A stretch of DNA of 54,684 nt from UHGV virus genome UHGV-0199215, one strand, 5' to 3'. The notes below the pieces were generated by a model, which searched no databases, was not told the origin of the DNA, and saw only the letters and a program-made list of their open reading frames with translations. Source of the DNA: a virus. Shown here piece after piece: positions 17,919 through 27,048 of this stretch. The translations under genes and the position numbers were made by a program. Every line of letters begins with the position of its first letter. The first letter of the stretch is position 1.

Positions 17919-18125
17919 CTAATGATTAGCCAGGCTTTCGAACTGGCGGTTAGTCGTATCAAAATCGTCTACTATTTTGTCCAGTATCCCGTAAGAATGA
18001 GAAACCAGCGAGTTAAATTCATCATCACTGGTTACCGGTACAGGGACAAATCTAATCCCGGCATGTGCAAGACTGTTTGCCATTTCAAGACATTTGCGTA
18101 TTTCTGCAGGCGATACTTTATTCAT
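17919..18125 (-). CDS. hypothetical protein
   Basis: 68-aa ORF. Confidence 0.45.
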   Translation of the reverse strand: MNKVSPAEIRKCLEMANSLAHAGIRFVPVPVTSDDEFNSLVSHSYGILDKIVDDFDTTNRQFESLANH

Positions 18126-18360
18126 GTGTTAGTTCCTCCGGGTAACGTTTCAAAAAATTGGTGTAACCACAATATACGACAGGACCGTCATCACCGTATC
18201 TGAACATAACCTTAAAACCACGACCTGCTCTGTAGACGTTGAGCACTTTTACAAATACCTGTGGTTTATTTACATCACGACAAAACCTTTTATTAATCAG
18301 GTCCGCGCGTAGTTTACACAGTAAGTTATCTACACTCATCGCCACCACCATTCGAAACAA
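18118..18360 (-). CDS. hypothetical protein
   Basis: 80-aa ORF, overlaps neighbour by 8 nt. Confidence 0.45.
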   Translation of the reverse strand: MFRMVVAMSVDNLLCKLRADLINKRFCRDVNKPQVFVKVLNVYRAGRGFKVMFRYGDDGPVVYCGYTNFLKRYPEELTHE

Positions 18361-18475
18361 AGACGACCGATCCAGAATGCGCGGTACGGCCCGTCATACC
18401 ACAGTTTGAAATAACCCCACTTACTGTAACTGTTCCAGCTTACGGCGAACCAGTACCCGGCACATTTTAGTTTCA

Positions 18476-18646
18476 TTACGGGTTTTCCTTAATATACTTA
18501 GCCAGTTTTTCACCTTTATTCAATTTCTGAATTAAAAGCGTATCAGATAAAGAACATGGTGGATTAACCACTATCCAGTTATTTTCAACAGTAATTTGAT
18601 GACCAGCAGCACGTAAACGTTTAACCAGTTGTTCTATTTCTTTCAT
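18476..18646 (-). CDS. small protein (56 aa)
   Basis: ATG adjacent to the stop of the HD hydrolase gene; below track cutoff. Confidence 0.35.
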   Translation of the reverse strand: MKEIEQLVKRLRAAGHQITVENNWIVVNPPCSLSDTLLIQKLNKGEKLAKYIKENP

Positions 18647-18648
18647 AA

Positions 18649-19266
18649 TCACAGATCTCCCATCGCTTTAACCAGTGCGTCGTAGTGTTTGTCAAACGCG
18701 GTTAACTGGACGTTCGTTAGTTTGTATTTGGCTTTAAACAATTCACGCTCAACAAGCGCGTATAACTCCTGATTACTGGCGTCTGACAGGTGAGCAAGCA
18801 TGAGTTGTTTTTCAGCCAGGTATGTTACAGCAAACTTCGGATCGTGTCGGACAATTGAAGAGGTGTTATCCAGCAGATCACACAGTTTTATAGTTTTCAC
18901 CACAGGTTCAGCCCGTGATAAATGGTCGATATCCCGTGCTTTACGCTTAACACGGTTGCCGTGGTGTGGACGACTCACATCAGTAAGCTGATCAACATAA
19001 CGTGCCACAGTCTCACCGAACTGCGAACACACATCACCCACGGTCACGGGCGTATCTTCAACGACGTCATGCAGCCAGGCAGCGGTAACCATATCCGGCG
19101 TACCACCATAGCGTTTAACCAGTTCAGCAACGTTCCGGCAGTGGTTCACATATGGGTCGTTGGTGTACTTACGAAGTTGATCACCGTGTGCTGCTGTTGC
19201 GAATTGTTCAGGTGTCATCATAGTTTTTGATAGTGGTGAAAAACCAAGTTGAAGTTTAGTGCTCAT
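18649..19266 (-). CDS. HD-domain (p)ppGpp hydrolase-like protein (small alarmone hydrolase)
   Basis: AAHGDQLRKYTNDPYVNHCRNVA and AAWLHDVVEDT match the SpoT/Rel hydrolase HD motifs; ATG 19266 after AAGGGT. Confidence 0.7.
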   Translation of the reverse strand: MSTKLQLGFSPLSKTMMTPEQFATAAHGDQLRKYTNDPYVNHCRNVAELVKRYGGTPDMVTAAWLHDVVEDTPVTVGDVCSQFGETVARYVDQLTDVSRPHHGNRVKRKARDIDHLSRAEPVVKTIKLCDLLDNTSSIVRHDPKFAVTYLAEKQLMLAHLSDASNQELYALVERELFKAKYKLTNVQLTAFDKHYDALVKAMGDL

Positions 19267-19268
19267 AT

Positions 19269-19545
19269 TCAATACCCTTTTAATTTTCTACACTCAGGAC
19301 AGCGCCATCTACCTTTTTGATAAACTCGCGCATGACCACGTTTACATTTATTGGTTACCAGTGATATACCGAGACGTGACGCTTTAATGTGCACCGCTTC
19401 AACGTCCCGGCGAAGGTAATACGCTATTTCGTCCGCACTGATCTTTCCTGCATTAATTTTTAATAACGCCAGATCTCGTGCGGACCATTTCAAACCGTTA
19501 CGAGGGAACCTGTTAGTCGAATACTCATACACGAACACACCTTTT
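19269..19545 (-). CDS. putative HTH / zinc-ribbon protein
   Basis: C-terminal CPECRK ribbon; start placed at a GTG after AAAGGTG because the first ATG overlaps the upstream gene. Confidence 0.35.
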
Positions 19546-20013
19546 ACGAAGCTGTATGGCGCGATTATTGGCCTGCTGGAGAACCATCTTCCATCCCACA
19601 ACATCGTGCATATCAGATGAGCACGACTGATTGGAGAATTTGACCAACATTGTTTCAGCCACACCAGCTAAACTATCAAGTTCGCTGGCCCGTACTTCAG
19701 CCAGGAAAGAGTCGGTGGCTGGAGTTTCAGTGAGCTCACTAACCCAGTCGGGTCCAAATTCTTCTGCGCACATCTTATCGAACTCACGCTCAGATTCTTT
19801 CAGCTTTGCATTCTCCGCCGCCAGAGCCGCGCACTTGGCCTCAAGGTTATCAATCGTGATTCCAGCAGAACGACACTCCCGCAACGCCGTTTCTAGTTTT
19901 GATTCAAGTTCAGCAAATTTACGCGCCAGATATTCAGCGTTTGTTTCGTTAACTTTCAGGTCGCCCGGAATACATTTACCACGAAGAAAACCTTCCATTT
20001 CATATACAGTCAT
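19525..20013 (-). CDS. coiled-coil protein
   Basis: 162 aa rich in heptad-like Ala/Glu/Lys/Leu stretches. Confidence 0.45.
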   Translation of the reverse strand: MTVYEMEGFLRGKCIPGDLKVNETNAEYLARKFAELESKLETALRECRSAGITIDNLEAKCAALAAENAKLKESEREFDKMCAEEFGPDWVSELTETPATDSFLAEVRASELDSLAGVAETMLVKFSNQSCSSDMHDVVGWKMVLQQANNRAIQLRKRCVRV

Positions 20014-20238
20014 TTAACGCACCTCGACATCAATTATTAAATCTTCTGGTACTGTCACCACAACGCGGTCGTTTTCGCAAAATGGTGACAGCGGTTCCTC
20101 TTCCGGTTGTAAGCGAATGGTAAGTGTTGCCCCGTGGTAATTGATATAGCGTACCCAATACCAATCGTTAAACACTTCAATCTTGTCACCCGGTTTAATA
20201 TCACGGGCAACGGTTGGATTTATCAGTCGGATAGTCAT
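20014..20238 (-). CDS. hypothetical protein
   Basis: 74-aa ORF. Confidence 0.45.
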   Translation of the reverse strand: MTIRLINPTVARDIKPGDKIEVFNDWYWVRYINYHGATLTIRLQPEEEPLSPFCENDRVVVTVPEDLIIDVEVR

Positions 20239-20531
20239 ACTTTCACCTCACGGTTAGAACAGCCACGTTCAATCATCCAATCCTGAACAGGAAAGCGACT
20301 ACCGAATACTTTTGTTTCTTTATCGTCACAGAAACGCCAGTTTTCCGCTTCAGGCCAGTTTAATTTAACATGGTGTTCTGCCTGTTTTTGATCATCAACA
20401 TCGACCAAAGCAACAAGCGTTGCACCTTTTTCAACATGTCCTGTACACCACCACGCGAGAATCTTTTCAGTAGGCGGGTAATTGATCGGACGATAATCAT
20501 CGGTTGGTTGATACCAAGAGATCCATTTCAT
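20235..20531 (-). CDS. hypothetical protein
   Basis: 98-aa ORF with ATGA overlap. Confidence 0.45.
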   Translation of the reverse strand: MKWISWYQPTDDYRPINYPPTEKILAWWCTGHVEKGATLVALVDVDDQKQAEHHVKLNWPEAENWRFCDDKETKVFGSRFPVQDWMIERGCSNREVKV

Positions 20532-20731
20532 CAGAACACCTTTTTAATTAATTGATAGATCAGTACAAGAATCGACAGTACCAAGTAAAAAGGCCAGAAG
20601 ATCGTGATTAGCACAAAACAAATTATTTGAATTTTCCAACCCGGGTTAATTCGTGTTAATTTTGCATCAATGTAATCTAATAATGCATTCAGAACACCCA
20701 GTATCAGATACAATGACAATAATTTAATCAT
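20531..20731 (-). CDS. small membrane protein
   Basis: 66 aa with two hydrophobic helices. Confidence 0.5.
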   Translation of the reverse strand: MIKLLSLYLILGVLNALLDYIDAKLTRINPGWKIQIICFVLITIFWPFYLVLSILVLIYQLIKKVF

Positions 20732-20892
20732 TTCTTTTTACTCCCGGTTAGTTTAGCAATCCAACGATTTTCATTAACGCTGGGAAAACTGTTATTGAAC
20801 TTACACTGACGTTCTTCTTCTTCTTTTGTCAACGGTTTAAATTTAGAACGACAGGTCAATGTACCGTAAATTGATGTTAAGTTGTCTGACAT
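20728..20892 (-). CDS. small protein (54 aa)
   Basis: Strong AAGGAG 8 nt upstream of ATG; ATGA overlap downstream. Confidence 0.45.
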   Translation of the reverse strand: MSDNLTSIYGTLTCRSKFKPLTKEEEERQCKFNNSFPSVNENRWIAKLTGSKKK

Positions 20893-20895
20893 AAA

Positions 20896-21084
20896 CTAGT
20901 CTCCTTTAGTGCGCAGGTGGTTTTTCCAGCGGTTTTGCGCCGCGCTGGGCTTTTTGCAAAAACCACAATCCATCATCCCGTAATATTTTATTAACCCCAT
21001 TCGTCGGTTGCTGAGTCTCACCCACTGCCAGACGCCGGGACCGTTTCTACGAACTAACAGAATCTTTGCTTTACGGTTTTTCAT
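20896..21084 (-). CDS. hypothetical protein
   Basis: 62-aa ORF with CGFC pair. Confidence 0.45.
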   Translation of the reverse strand: MKNRKAKILLVRRNGPGVWQWVRLSNRRMGLIKYYGMMDCGFCKKPSAAQNRWKNHLRTKGD

Positions 21085-21848
21085 AACCGGTGCTCCTTCA
21101 GTGCTTTTAACGCTTCAAACTGTTCAGCAGTAAGTTCAACCAGGACTTTACCACCTTCCTGGCGGGTTGCAGACCATTCACCACGGATTGCTTCCACTGC
21201 AGACCGTACCAGTTTAGCGGGTGGACGACGCGTGACTACAGGTTCTTTATCACCTGCTTTAAACTGGCGAATGGCTGCTGATGCGCTGATTTCACCATTC
21301 TGGATCCGGCGTTTAAGTTCCAGCGGCATATCAAGAATATTCAGTTGTTCGTAAACGTGCTGAACGGTTTTACCGACCTGTGTAGCGATCTGCTCAACAC
21401 TCATGCCATATGAACGGAAACGACCGTAAATAACAGCACGTTCAACAGGGGACCACGGTTTACCTTCATTACCTTTTAACAGTGTCAGGGTCTGTTGTAG
21501 TTCGTCACCGGACGATTCAACAACATCTACTGTCAGAATCGGCGTCCCGGCTTCAATAGCTGCCAATACGCCACGTAAACGATGCTCACCATCCTGGACA
21601 TACGGAACACCGTCAACAACCTGTACCACGATGGGTGGAACGAAATCGCCGTTGGTATAAGCCTGACGAAAGTTTTCAATGTGTGCCAGTGCTGCTTCAG
21701 TTTCCCAGTAGTTGTCGGTAAACACACCGCGTGGGTTATGTCCTGGACGAATCTTGATAATACGCGGATCAATGCGATATGCGTTACCACGTTTTACGTT
21801 GGTTTTATCGGTATCAGACAGCTTGCGAAGGGAGTTAATGTTAGCCAT
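21081..21848 (-). CDS. ParB-like nuclease domain protein
   Basis: 255 aa; ParB/sulfiredoxin-type N-terminal region plus HTH (SVEQIATQVGKTVQHVYEQL). Confidence 0.7.
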   Translation of the reverse strand: MANINSLRKLSDTDKTNVKRGNAYRIDPRIIKIRPGHNPRGVFTDNYWETEAALAHIENFRQAYTNGDFVPPIVVQVVDGVPYVQDGEHRLRGVLAAIEAGTPILTVDVVESSGDELQQTLTLLKGNEGKPWSPVERAVIYGRFRSYGMSVEQIATQVGKTVQHVYEQLNILDMPLELKRRIQNGEISASAAIRQFKAGDKEPVVTRRPPAKLVRSAVEAIRGEWSATRQEGGKVLVELTAEQFEALKALKEHRL

Positions 21849-21882
21849 TTGTGTTTAGCCTCATGTGTGTTAACTGAGGCTA

Positions 21883-21924
21883 ATTATCGGGGAGGTTTGG
21901 TAATCTGTCAAGAATTATTTTAAG
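21883..21924 (-). promoter_or_regulatory. conserved phage promoter (minus strand)
   Basis: Reverse complement gives AAAATAATTCTTGACA, 17 nt spacer, -10 GATAAT. Confidence 0.6.
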
Positions 21925-22315
21925 GATATGGAACCCACACAGTTAAACCAGCTTTCAACATGCGACGATGCATATCAGCAGTACCACGCCCACCGGGGAA
22001 CACAACACCGTATGTAGGACGTGGCTCACCCTCTAACATCGCCTGATTACGTTGATGACCTGCAACAGCGTTATAAGCCCCGTGCTTACCCTGTTTTACA
22101 ACCGCACCAGGTACAGTCAGATCGTCCCACGCTGCCGGGCAACTACGCACAGGAATACCGTGTAATTGCGCCCATTGCTTACACAGGTTATCAACACCTG
22201 ACGCACCACCTTCAATTAGTTCGGTAACCGGAAATTGTTTGTGAAGTAGTCCTAACGCGGAAAACACTGCTGTTCTGTCGTTAAAGTCACGACCACCTGT
22301 GACGACAATTATCAT
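21920..22315 (-). CDS. DUF2493-like (SLOG / Rossmann-fold) protein
   Basis: VVTGGRDF...GGASGVD...VFPGGRGT pattern. Confidence 0.55.
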   Translation of the reverse strand: MIIVVTGGRDFNDRTAVFSALGLLHKQFPVTELIEGGASGVDNLCKQWAQLHGIPVRSCPAAWDDLTVPGAVVKQGKHGAYNAVAGHQRNQAMLEGEPRPTYGVVFPGGRGTADMHRRMLKAGLTVWVPYP

Positions 22316-22992
22316 TGTTTATTAGCCTCAAATACAGCGCGAGCAAAACCACGCGGGGTTAATGAACGTAACTGTTTAGTTGTTTCAGACTTACCACCCA
22401 GATATTTCCAGCCCCAGAAGAAACCAATATTAATCGGTCCAGGACGTTTTTCAGGCATTCTGAAACCGTTACCGAACCACAGACATGTTTTCTTCGTGTA
22501 TCCGTCAAACATCGGCATTTTAGGGTGAAAAGGTTTATCATCTGTTGTCATATAACCGCCATATTCCCACGGATGAAAATAAGCGTCAGGTGTCCCCATC
22601 ATTTCAGGACGTGATAAAGCACCGACAGGGTTTTCGACCATCCAGGGTACATCATAACGTTCTCCAAGTTCCCGGATTAGTTTTGCGTTTGCCAGTGCAT
22701 ACTGTAGTTCAGCGTCATCCCGGTCATGTTGTGAACCGCTTTGAGCAAACAGGGTGCAATCCGGGAAACCAAAAATAATCGACGGTAAAGGTGTTCCCAG
22801 TATTTCCTGCTTAATTGCAAATTGTGGGTCAATCCACTGATTAACGTAATGAAGATTGGGGTGATCAGCTTTAATAAAATATTCCCCGTGATTAGCGGAA
22901 TCAGCATTAAAACAATAAACCTGATAACCATGTATCGCCCACGGTAAACCCATAATCCCGGAACCGTCGAACAATGACCAGACAATTTTCAT
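22312..22992 (-). CDS. DNA (cytosine-5)-methyltransferase-like protein
   Basis: Motif I LFDGSG, motif IV-like FPDCTLFAQSG, motif VI ENPVG, C-terminal RSLTPRGFARA. Confidence 0.55.
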   Translation of the reverse strand: MKIVWSLFDGSGIMGLPWAIHGYQVYCFNADSANHGEYFIKADHPNLHYVNQWIDPQFAIKQEILGTPLPSIIFGFPDCTLFAQSGSQHDRDDAELQYALANAKLIRELGERYDVPWMVENPVGALSRPEMMGTPDAYFHPWEYGGYMTTDDKPFHPKMPMFDGYTKKTCLWFGNGFRMPEKRPGPINIGFFWGWKYLGGKSETTKQLRSLTPRGFARAVFEANKQ

Positions 22993-23204
22993 CCTTCTGT
23001 CTCCTCGACGATCCTCGTGATTTTAACCGGCGCGATTGTTACTTTTCTGCAATTGAAACCTTGATCACGAAGTGCTTTAAGTGCAACACCAGCCATGTAA
23101 GTTGAACTGAACAGAGTAGCTTCACTGATATCAACCCAGGTAATCCGGGTATCAATATGTGCATAACGGTCTTCTTTTTTGATTACAGCACCGAATTCAG
23201 TCAT
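22989..23204 (-). CDS. hypothetical protein
   Basis: 71-aa ORF. Confidence 0.45.
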   Translation of the reverse strand: MTEFGAVIKKEDRYAHIDTRITWVDISEATLFSSTYMAGVALKALRDQGFNCRKVTIAPVKITRIVEETEG

Positions 23205-23439
23205 GATCGTTTTTCACTCCCCACATGCAAGCACCAATTGATGCAGCAGCCGCTAATAATCCAAGACCCGCCAGAAACCACCACGGTGTTTCCGCATGAT
23301 TACCACGGGTCATTAGTCCGACAATACAAGACGCGAGTGTTACGGATACAAGAAATACAATAACAGTAATTAAACGGTCAAATATGTTTTTCATAACAAT
23401 CACTCCTTGTTCACTTGATGTACAGACTATAGCGCACAC
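23197..23439 (-). CDS. small membrane protein
   Basis: 80 aa with two hydrophobic helices. Confidence 0.5.
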   Translation of the reverse strand: MCAIVCTSSEQGVIVMKNIFDRLITVIVFLVSVTLASCIVGLMTRGNHAETPWWFLAGLGLLAAAASIGACMWGVKNDHD

Positions 23440-23468
23440 ATCTGTAATTCGTCAAGAATTATTTTACA
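23426..23468 (-). promoter_or_regulatory. conserved phage promoter (minus strand)
   Basis: Reverse complement gives TAAAATAATTCTTGACG, then -10 TATAGT. Confidence 0.6.
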
Positions 23469-23484
23469 CATCCTTGTGCAATGA

Positions 23485-25839
23485 CTAACTATTACTCGCA
23501 GGTGGAAAAGGCACTACATTAGCTGTTGACTGAAAAGGGAGAAGACGAATACCCCTGAAACCGTTTAGTCGAACGTTATTTATATTAACAACGTCTTTTT
23601 TCACTTTACCACGAAGGGTGGATTTAAACGCCCGACTAAATGCAGTTTTAGTCATTGCTGGACCACCTTCCTGTGTTTTCCAGAGACGATAACGACCATA
23701 GAGTTCTTCAGTGTGCACCTCACCATCAGATACCAATTCGCAACAATCTCTGATAAAACTTCTAAGTGGTGATTGTTGATCCATAATTTCCTGACGTTCT
23801 TCCAGACTTGCTTTTGGTTCAGTAAACCGTCCGTTTGCACGTAACCGTTGTAAACCTTCAATCGCCCAGTTACAGATCCCCGGTAGTTCTTTCATCAGTC
23901 GTGCTTCCAGAGTGGTATCTTCACGACCCAGGAACGAAATGTTGAACGGCAGGATCAGCAAACGGTTAGCCATTGCACCGGAATCATCAGCAAATGCAGG
24001 TATGTTGTTAGCAGCCAGTGTCATACGTCCAGGTAAACGACCGTTCCATGCACCTTTATACTTACGATTAACCGGAATCGCATCACAACCTGTAATAGAT
24101 TTGAAACGGTCCAGAATTCGGTTGCGGTCAGGCCCGGACACACTGTGAGCATCACCAATAAACAGCACAGATTTATCCAGCACAGTTTCAAGTACCGCAT
24201 CACTGGCTAAACCCTCCAGTGTGATCCCTGCATACGCTTCATCACCTACCAGTGCCTGAATGATGCGACCAATCGTACCTTTACCGGAACGTGGCGCACC
24301 AATCAACAACATCGCTTTCTGATAGTCGTACGAGTTGACAAGCATGTAACCCAACCATTCCTGCAACAGTGCAATACGTTCCTGATCACCTTCCAGAGTT
24401 GTATTAAGAAACTGTTCAAATGCTGGCGCACGGGCAAACGGATCGTAGCTATACGGTAAAATACTGGTCGTAAAGAAATCAGGGTTATGTGCATCACATT
24501 TACCCGTGTGTACATCCAGTATCCCGTTCTGACAAACAATATAGTGTGATACATCAACGCCGGGCCATGTTCCAAGCTCACGATCAGCGCGTGTGAATAA
24601 ATACGACAAAACCTTGTACGTACCGTTAATTACGTCAGCTTTTGGTTCGCTGGCGAGCATTGCCATAGATATCTGATGTTTCAGTTCATCTTCACTCACA
24701 CGTTCCCACACGCGACCGTTGAACCGGTACGGCTGTTGCTGGACAAAAATCAATGTGTTGTTTGGATAATAGTTATTAACGAACGTGGATGCGTTAACCG
24801 TATGGTTTGAACCATATGCACCTTCACCGGGTTTCACACTCATGTACGCAGGTGTTCCACCATTAGGAACGACGGTAGGCGCTGGTGTGACTGCTTTCAT
24901 CAGTTCTGGTGTCATTGTCGGTTGACTACGATACACAGTATCACAACGTTCCACAGCGCCCAAAATCGTGTTTTCACGGTAATCCTGACGATCTGTCCAT
25001 TTACCACGAACCAGCCCAGAACGGTTAAACAAACGTTCAATACGTTCGCAATCTTTCCCTGTCCAGAACGCAAGGTGTGAGCACAGGGCAGCATCAGCGG
25101 CAGATGCATTGTAGTCTTTTCCCTGGTCGCTGGGGTATGACACAGACAGGCGTTCAACGTTTGCATTCCACAGATCTGCAAATGACGCTTTATTACCAAA
25201 TACTGAAGCAGCACTGGACGAATTTAACGCCATTTTAATCAGTTCATCATCGTCTGCCGGACCTGACCAGTCATCACAGGGTGCTGTTGTCCAGCGTGCG
25301 GAACGGTCTGAACGGATACGACCATACCGGGCAATAGAATCATGAATGCCCTGGGTATAATCAATATCAACATCGCCATTACCCGTGAGCGTCATCGCGA
25401 CGAAACGATCACGCCAGTACATTTCCAGCCCGGTTTTCTGGTCGTTCAGACTGTTAAAACCTTCCGGTATGCTGGTATAAGCACAGATGATATGCAAACC
25501 TGTTCCTGACTGGCTGACTTCAGTGTAAGCATTTGGAAAACGGTTTACGAATTCATGCGCCAGTGGTGACCATGTGGCTGTTGCCTGATCTACCAGACAG
25601 TTATCGACATCAATAAAGAAATAAGGGTCATTTTCTGTGAATACAAAACCAACACCAGACATGCCGTACATTTGCGCCATACCTAACGCGGTGTGATAGT
25701 CAGACCAGTCGTTAGGGTTAGTGGTACTGGCTTTATAACCGTGTACCGGGCTGTATGGTACTTTCGTTGGTTTTGGACGATCGGCAACTGTCTCAAGTCG
25801 CCACATGACCCACTGTTTACGGTTCAGTAACCCTTTCAT
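23485..25839 (-). CDS. DNA primase / helicase (prim-pol plus P-loop NTPase)
   Basis: 784 aa; Walker A GAPRSGKGT in C-terminal half; primase-sized N-terminal domain. Confidence 0.8.
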   Translation of the reverse strand: MKGLLNRKQWVMWRLETVADRPKPTKVPYSPVHGYKASTTNPNDWSDYHTALGMAQMYGMSGVGFVFTENDPYFFIDVDNCLVDQATATWSPLAHEFVNRFPNAYTEVSQSGTGLHIICAYTSIPEGFNSLNDQKTGLEMYWRDRFVAMTLTGNGDVDIDYTQGIHDSIARYGRIRSDRSARWTTAPCDDWSGPADDDELIKMALNSSSAASVFGNKASFADLWNANVERLSVSYPSDQGKDYNASAADAALCSHLAFWTGKDCERIERLFNRSGLVRGKWTDRQDYRENTILGAVERCDTVYRSQPTMTPELMKAVTPAPTVVPNGGTPAYMSVKPGEGAYGSNHTVNASTFVNNYYPNNTLIFVQQQPYRFNGRVWERVSEDELKHQISMAMLASEPKADVINGTYKVLSYLFTRADRELGTWPGVDVSHYIVCQNGILDVHTGKCDAHNPDFFTTSILPYSYDPFARAPAFEQFLNTTLEGDQERIALLQEWLGYMLVNSYDYQKAMLLIGAPRSGKGTIGRIIQALVGDEAYAGITLEGLASDAVLETVLDKSVLFIGDAHSVSGPDRNRILDRFKSITGCDAIPVNRKYKGAWNGRLPGRMTLAANNIPAFADDSGAMANRLLILPFNISFLGREDTTLEARLMKELPGICNWAIEGLQRLRANGRFTEPKASLEERQEIMDQQSPLRSFIRDCCELVSDGEVHTEELYGRYRLWKTQEGGPAMTKTAFSRAFKSTLRGKVKKDVVNINNVRLNGFRGIRLLPFQSTANVVPFPPASNS

Positions 25840-25842
25840 AAT

Positions 25843-26016
25843 TTACGCTCCGAACTGACGTTCAGCAGCCATCAGTTTGACCAGGTTGATAGCAGATCGC
25901 CCGGTAAGCAGATTACGTTTAACATGAATTTCAGTAACGTTCAGACGTTTAGCAACAGCCTCAATACCGTGGTTATCAATCAGTTTTTGCAGACGTTTAA
26001 TGCGTTCAGTATTCAT
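25843..26016 (-). CDS. small HTH protein (57 aa)
   Basis: Translated by hand: MNTERIKRLQKLIDNHGIEAVAKRLNVTEIHVKRNL... Confidence 0.4.
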   Translation of the reverse strand: MNTERIKRLQKLIDNHGIEAVAKRLNVTEIHVKRNLLTGRSAINLVKLMAAERQFGA

Positions 26017-26504
26017 TGTTTAATCCATTTTTCAAATTGTGAAGGATGAGTGATGAAACGAAATTCACCACCTGCGTTTTCAACAATCGCACCGAAAGTG
26101 GCCTGTGCTTGTGCACGTCTGTCACTCGGGGTCATGTGCCAGTCAGGGCGTTTCATTTCGGCAGCAATAAAGACACCCACTTTCGAACCGATCATATCCG
26201 GTGTAACGATTTTGGTTTTAATGCCGATGTAGTCGCTTGACTTCATAACAGCGTTGATTTTCGCACTGGTGTTACCAAGACCATAACGAACCATCATTCC
26301 TTTTTCGTTTTTCAGAGCACCTGAGTTATTACGCCAGATACGTTGCCCTGCGCGTGCCGCAATCAGTTCACACTCTTTACTGGTGGCGCTTTCACTTACA
26401 CCGTCTTCGTGTGGTGTTCCATCAGGCTGATAAAGCGCGTATAACTCGTACAACGCCATCTGACTAATACCGTGACGAATCGCCCATTGTTCAAGCGTTG
26501 TCAT
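26013..26504 (-). CDS. VRR-NUC-type PD-(D/E)xK nuclease
   Basis: PDMIG...AEMKR arrangement matches the PD...ExK catalytic core. Confidence 0.55.
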   Translation of the reverse strand: MTTLEQWAIRHGISQMALYELYALYQPDGTPHEDGVSESATSKECELIAARAGQRIWRNNSGALKNEKGMMVRYGLGNTSAKINAVMKSSDYIGIKTKIVTPDMIGSKVGVFIAAEMKRPDWHMTPSDRRAQAQATFGAIVENAGGEFRFITHPSQFEKWIKQ

Positions 26505-27007
26505 AATGTTTTAGTCCCACTAGTAAGATATTTAATCTGGTGTAAACAGTCGTCTAACGCATTGTGGTAAGTACCGTCACGGGTAAATTCTTTCGGGTTA
26601 ATACCCAGCAAATCAACAGCGGTACGAACATCACGGACGTTCCAGAACTTCCACGGGCAACGAACACCAATCGCATTAAACCATGCTTCCAGAATAGTGA
26701 TATCGAATGTGGAACCATTGCCCCACGGTTTAGCATCGTGCCAGATGAATTTGGCAAAATCTTTAGCAACCTGAACAGGATCGGCAGTACCACCAAAAGC
26801 ATCTTTTTGTGCTTGTTCTGACTGCTGCGACCACCACTTCATAGTGTCAGGGTCTGTGTGACCGTAAGCGAGCGCATTAAAACCCATTGATGCGTAAAAC
26901 GTTTCACCAATGTTACCCTGACGATCAAAGTAAACAGCGCCAATTGACAGCACTGCACAACCTGGTTTAGTACCACACGTCTCAATGTCAACCATCAAAT
27001 CACGCAT
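26501..27007 (-). CDS. 3'-5' exonuclease (DEDD family)
   Basis: VDIETCG motif I and YHNALDD motif III. Confidence 0.7.
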   Translation of the reverse strand: MRDLMVDIETCGTKPGCAVLSIGAVYFDRQGNIGETFYASMGFNALAYGHTDPDTMKWWSQQSEQAQKDAFGGTADPVQVAKDFAKFIWHDAKPWGNGSTFDITILEAWFNAIGVRCPWKFWNVRDVRTAVDLLGINPKEFTRDGTYHNALDDCLHQIKYLTSGTKTL

Positions 27008-27048
27008 TACAGTTCCTTACGTTTAAAATATTTCTATGCAGATTACCA

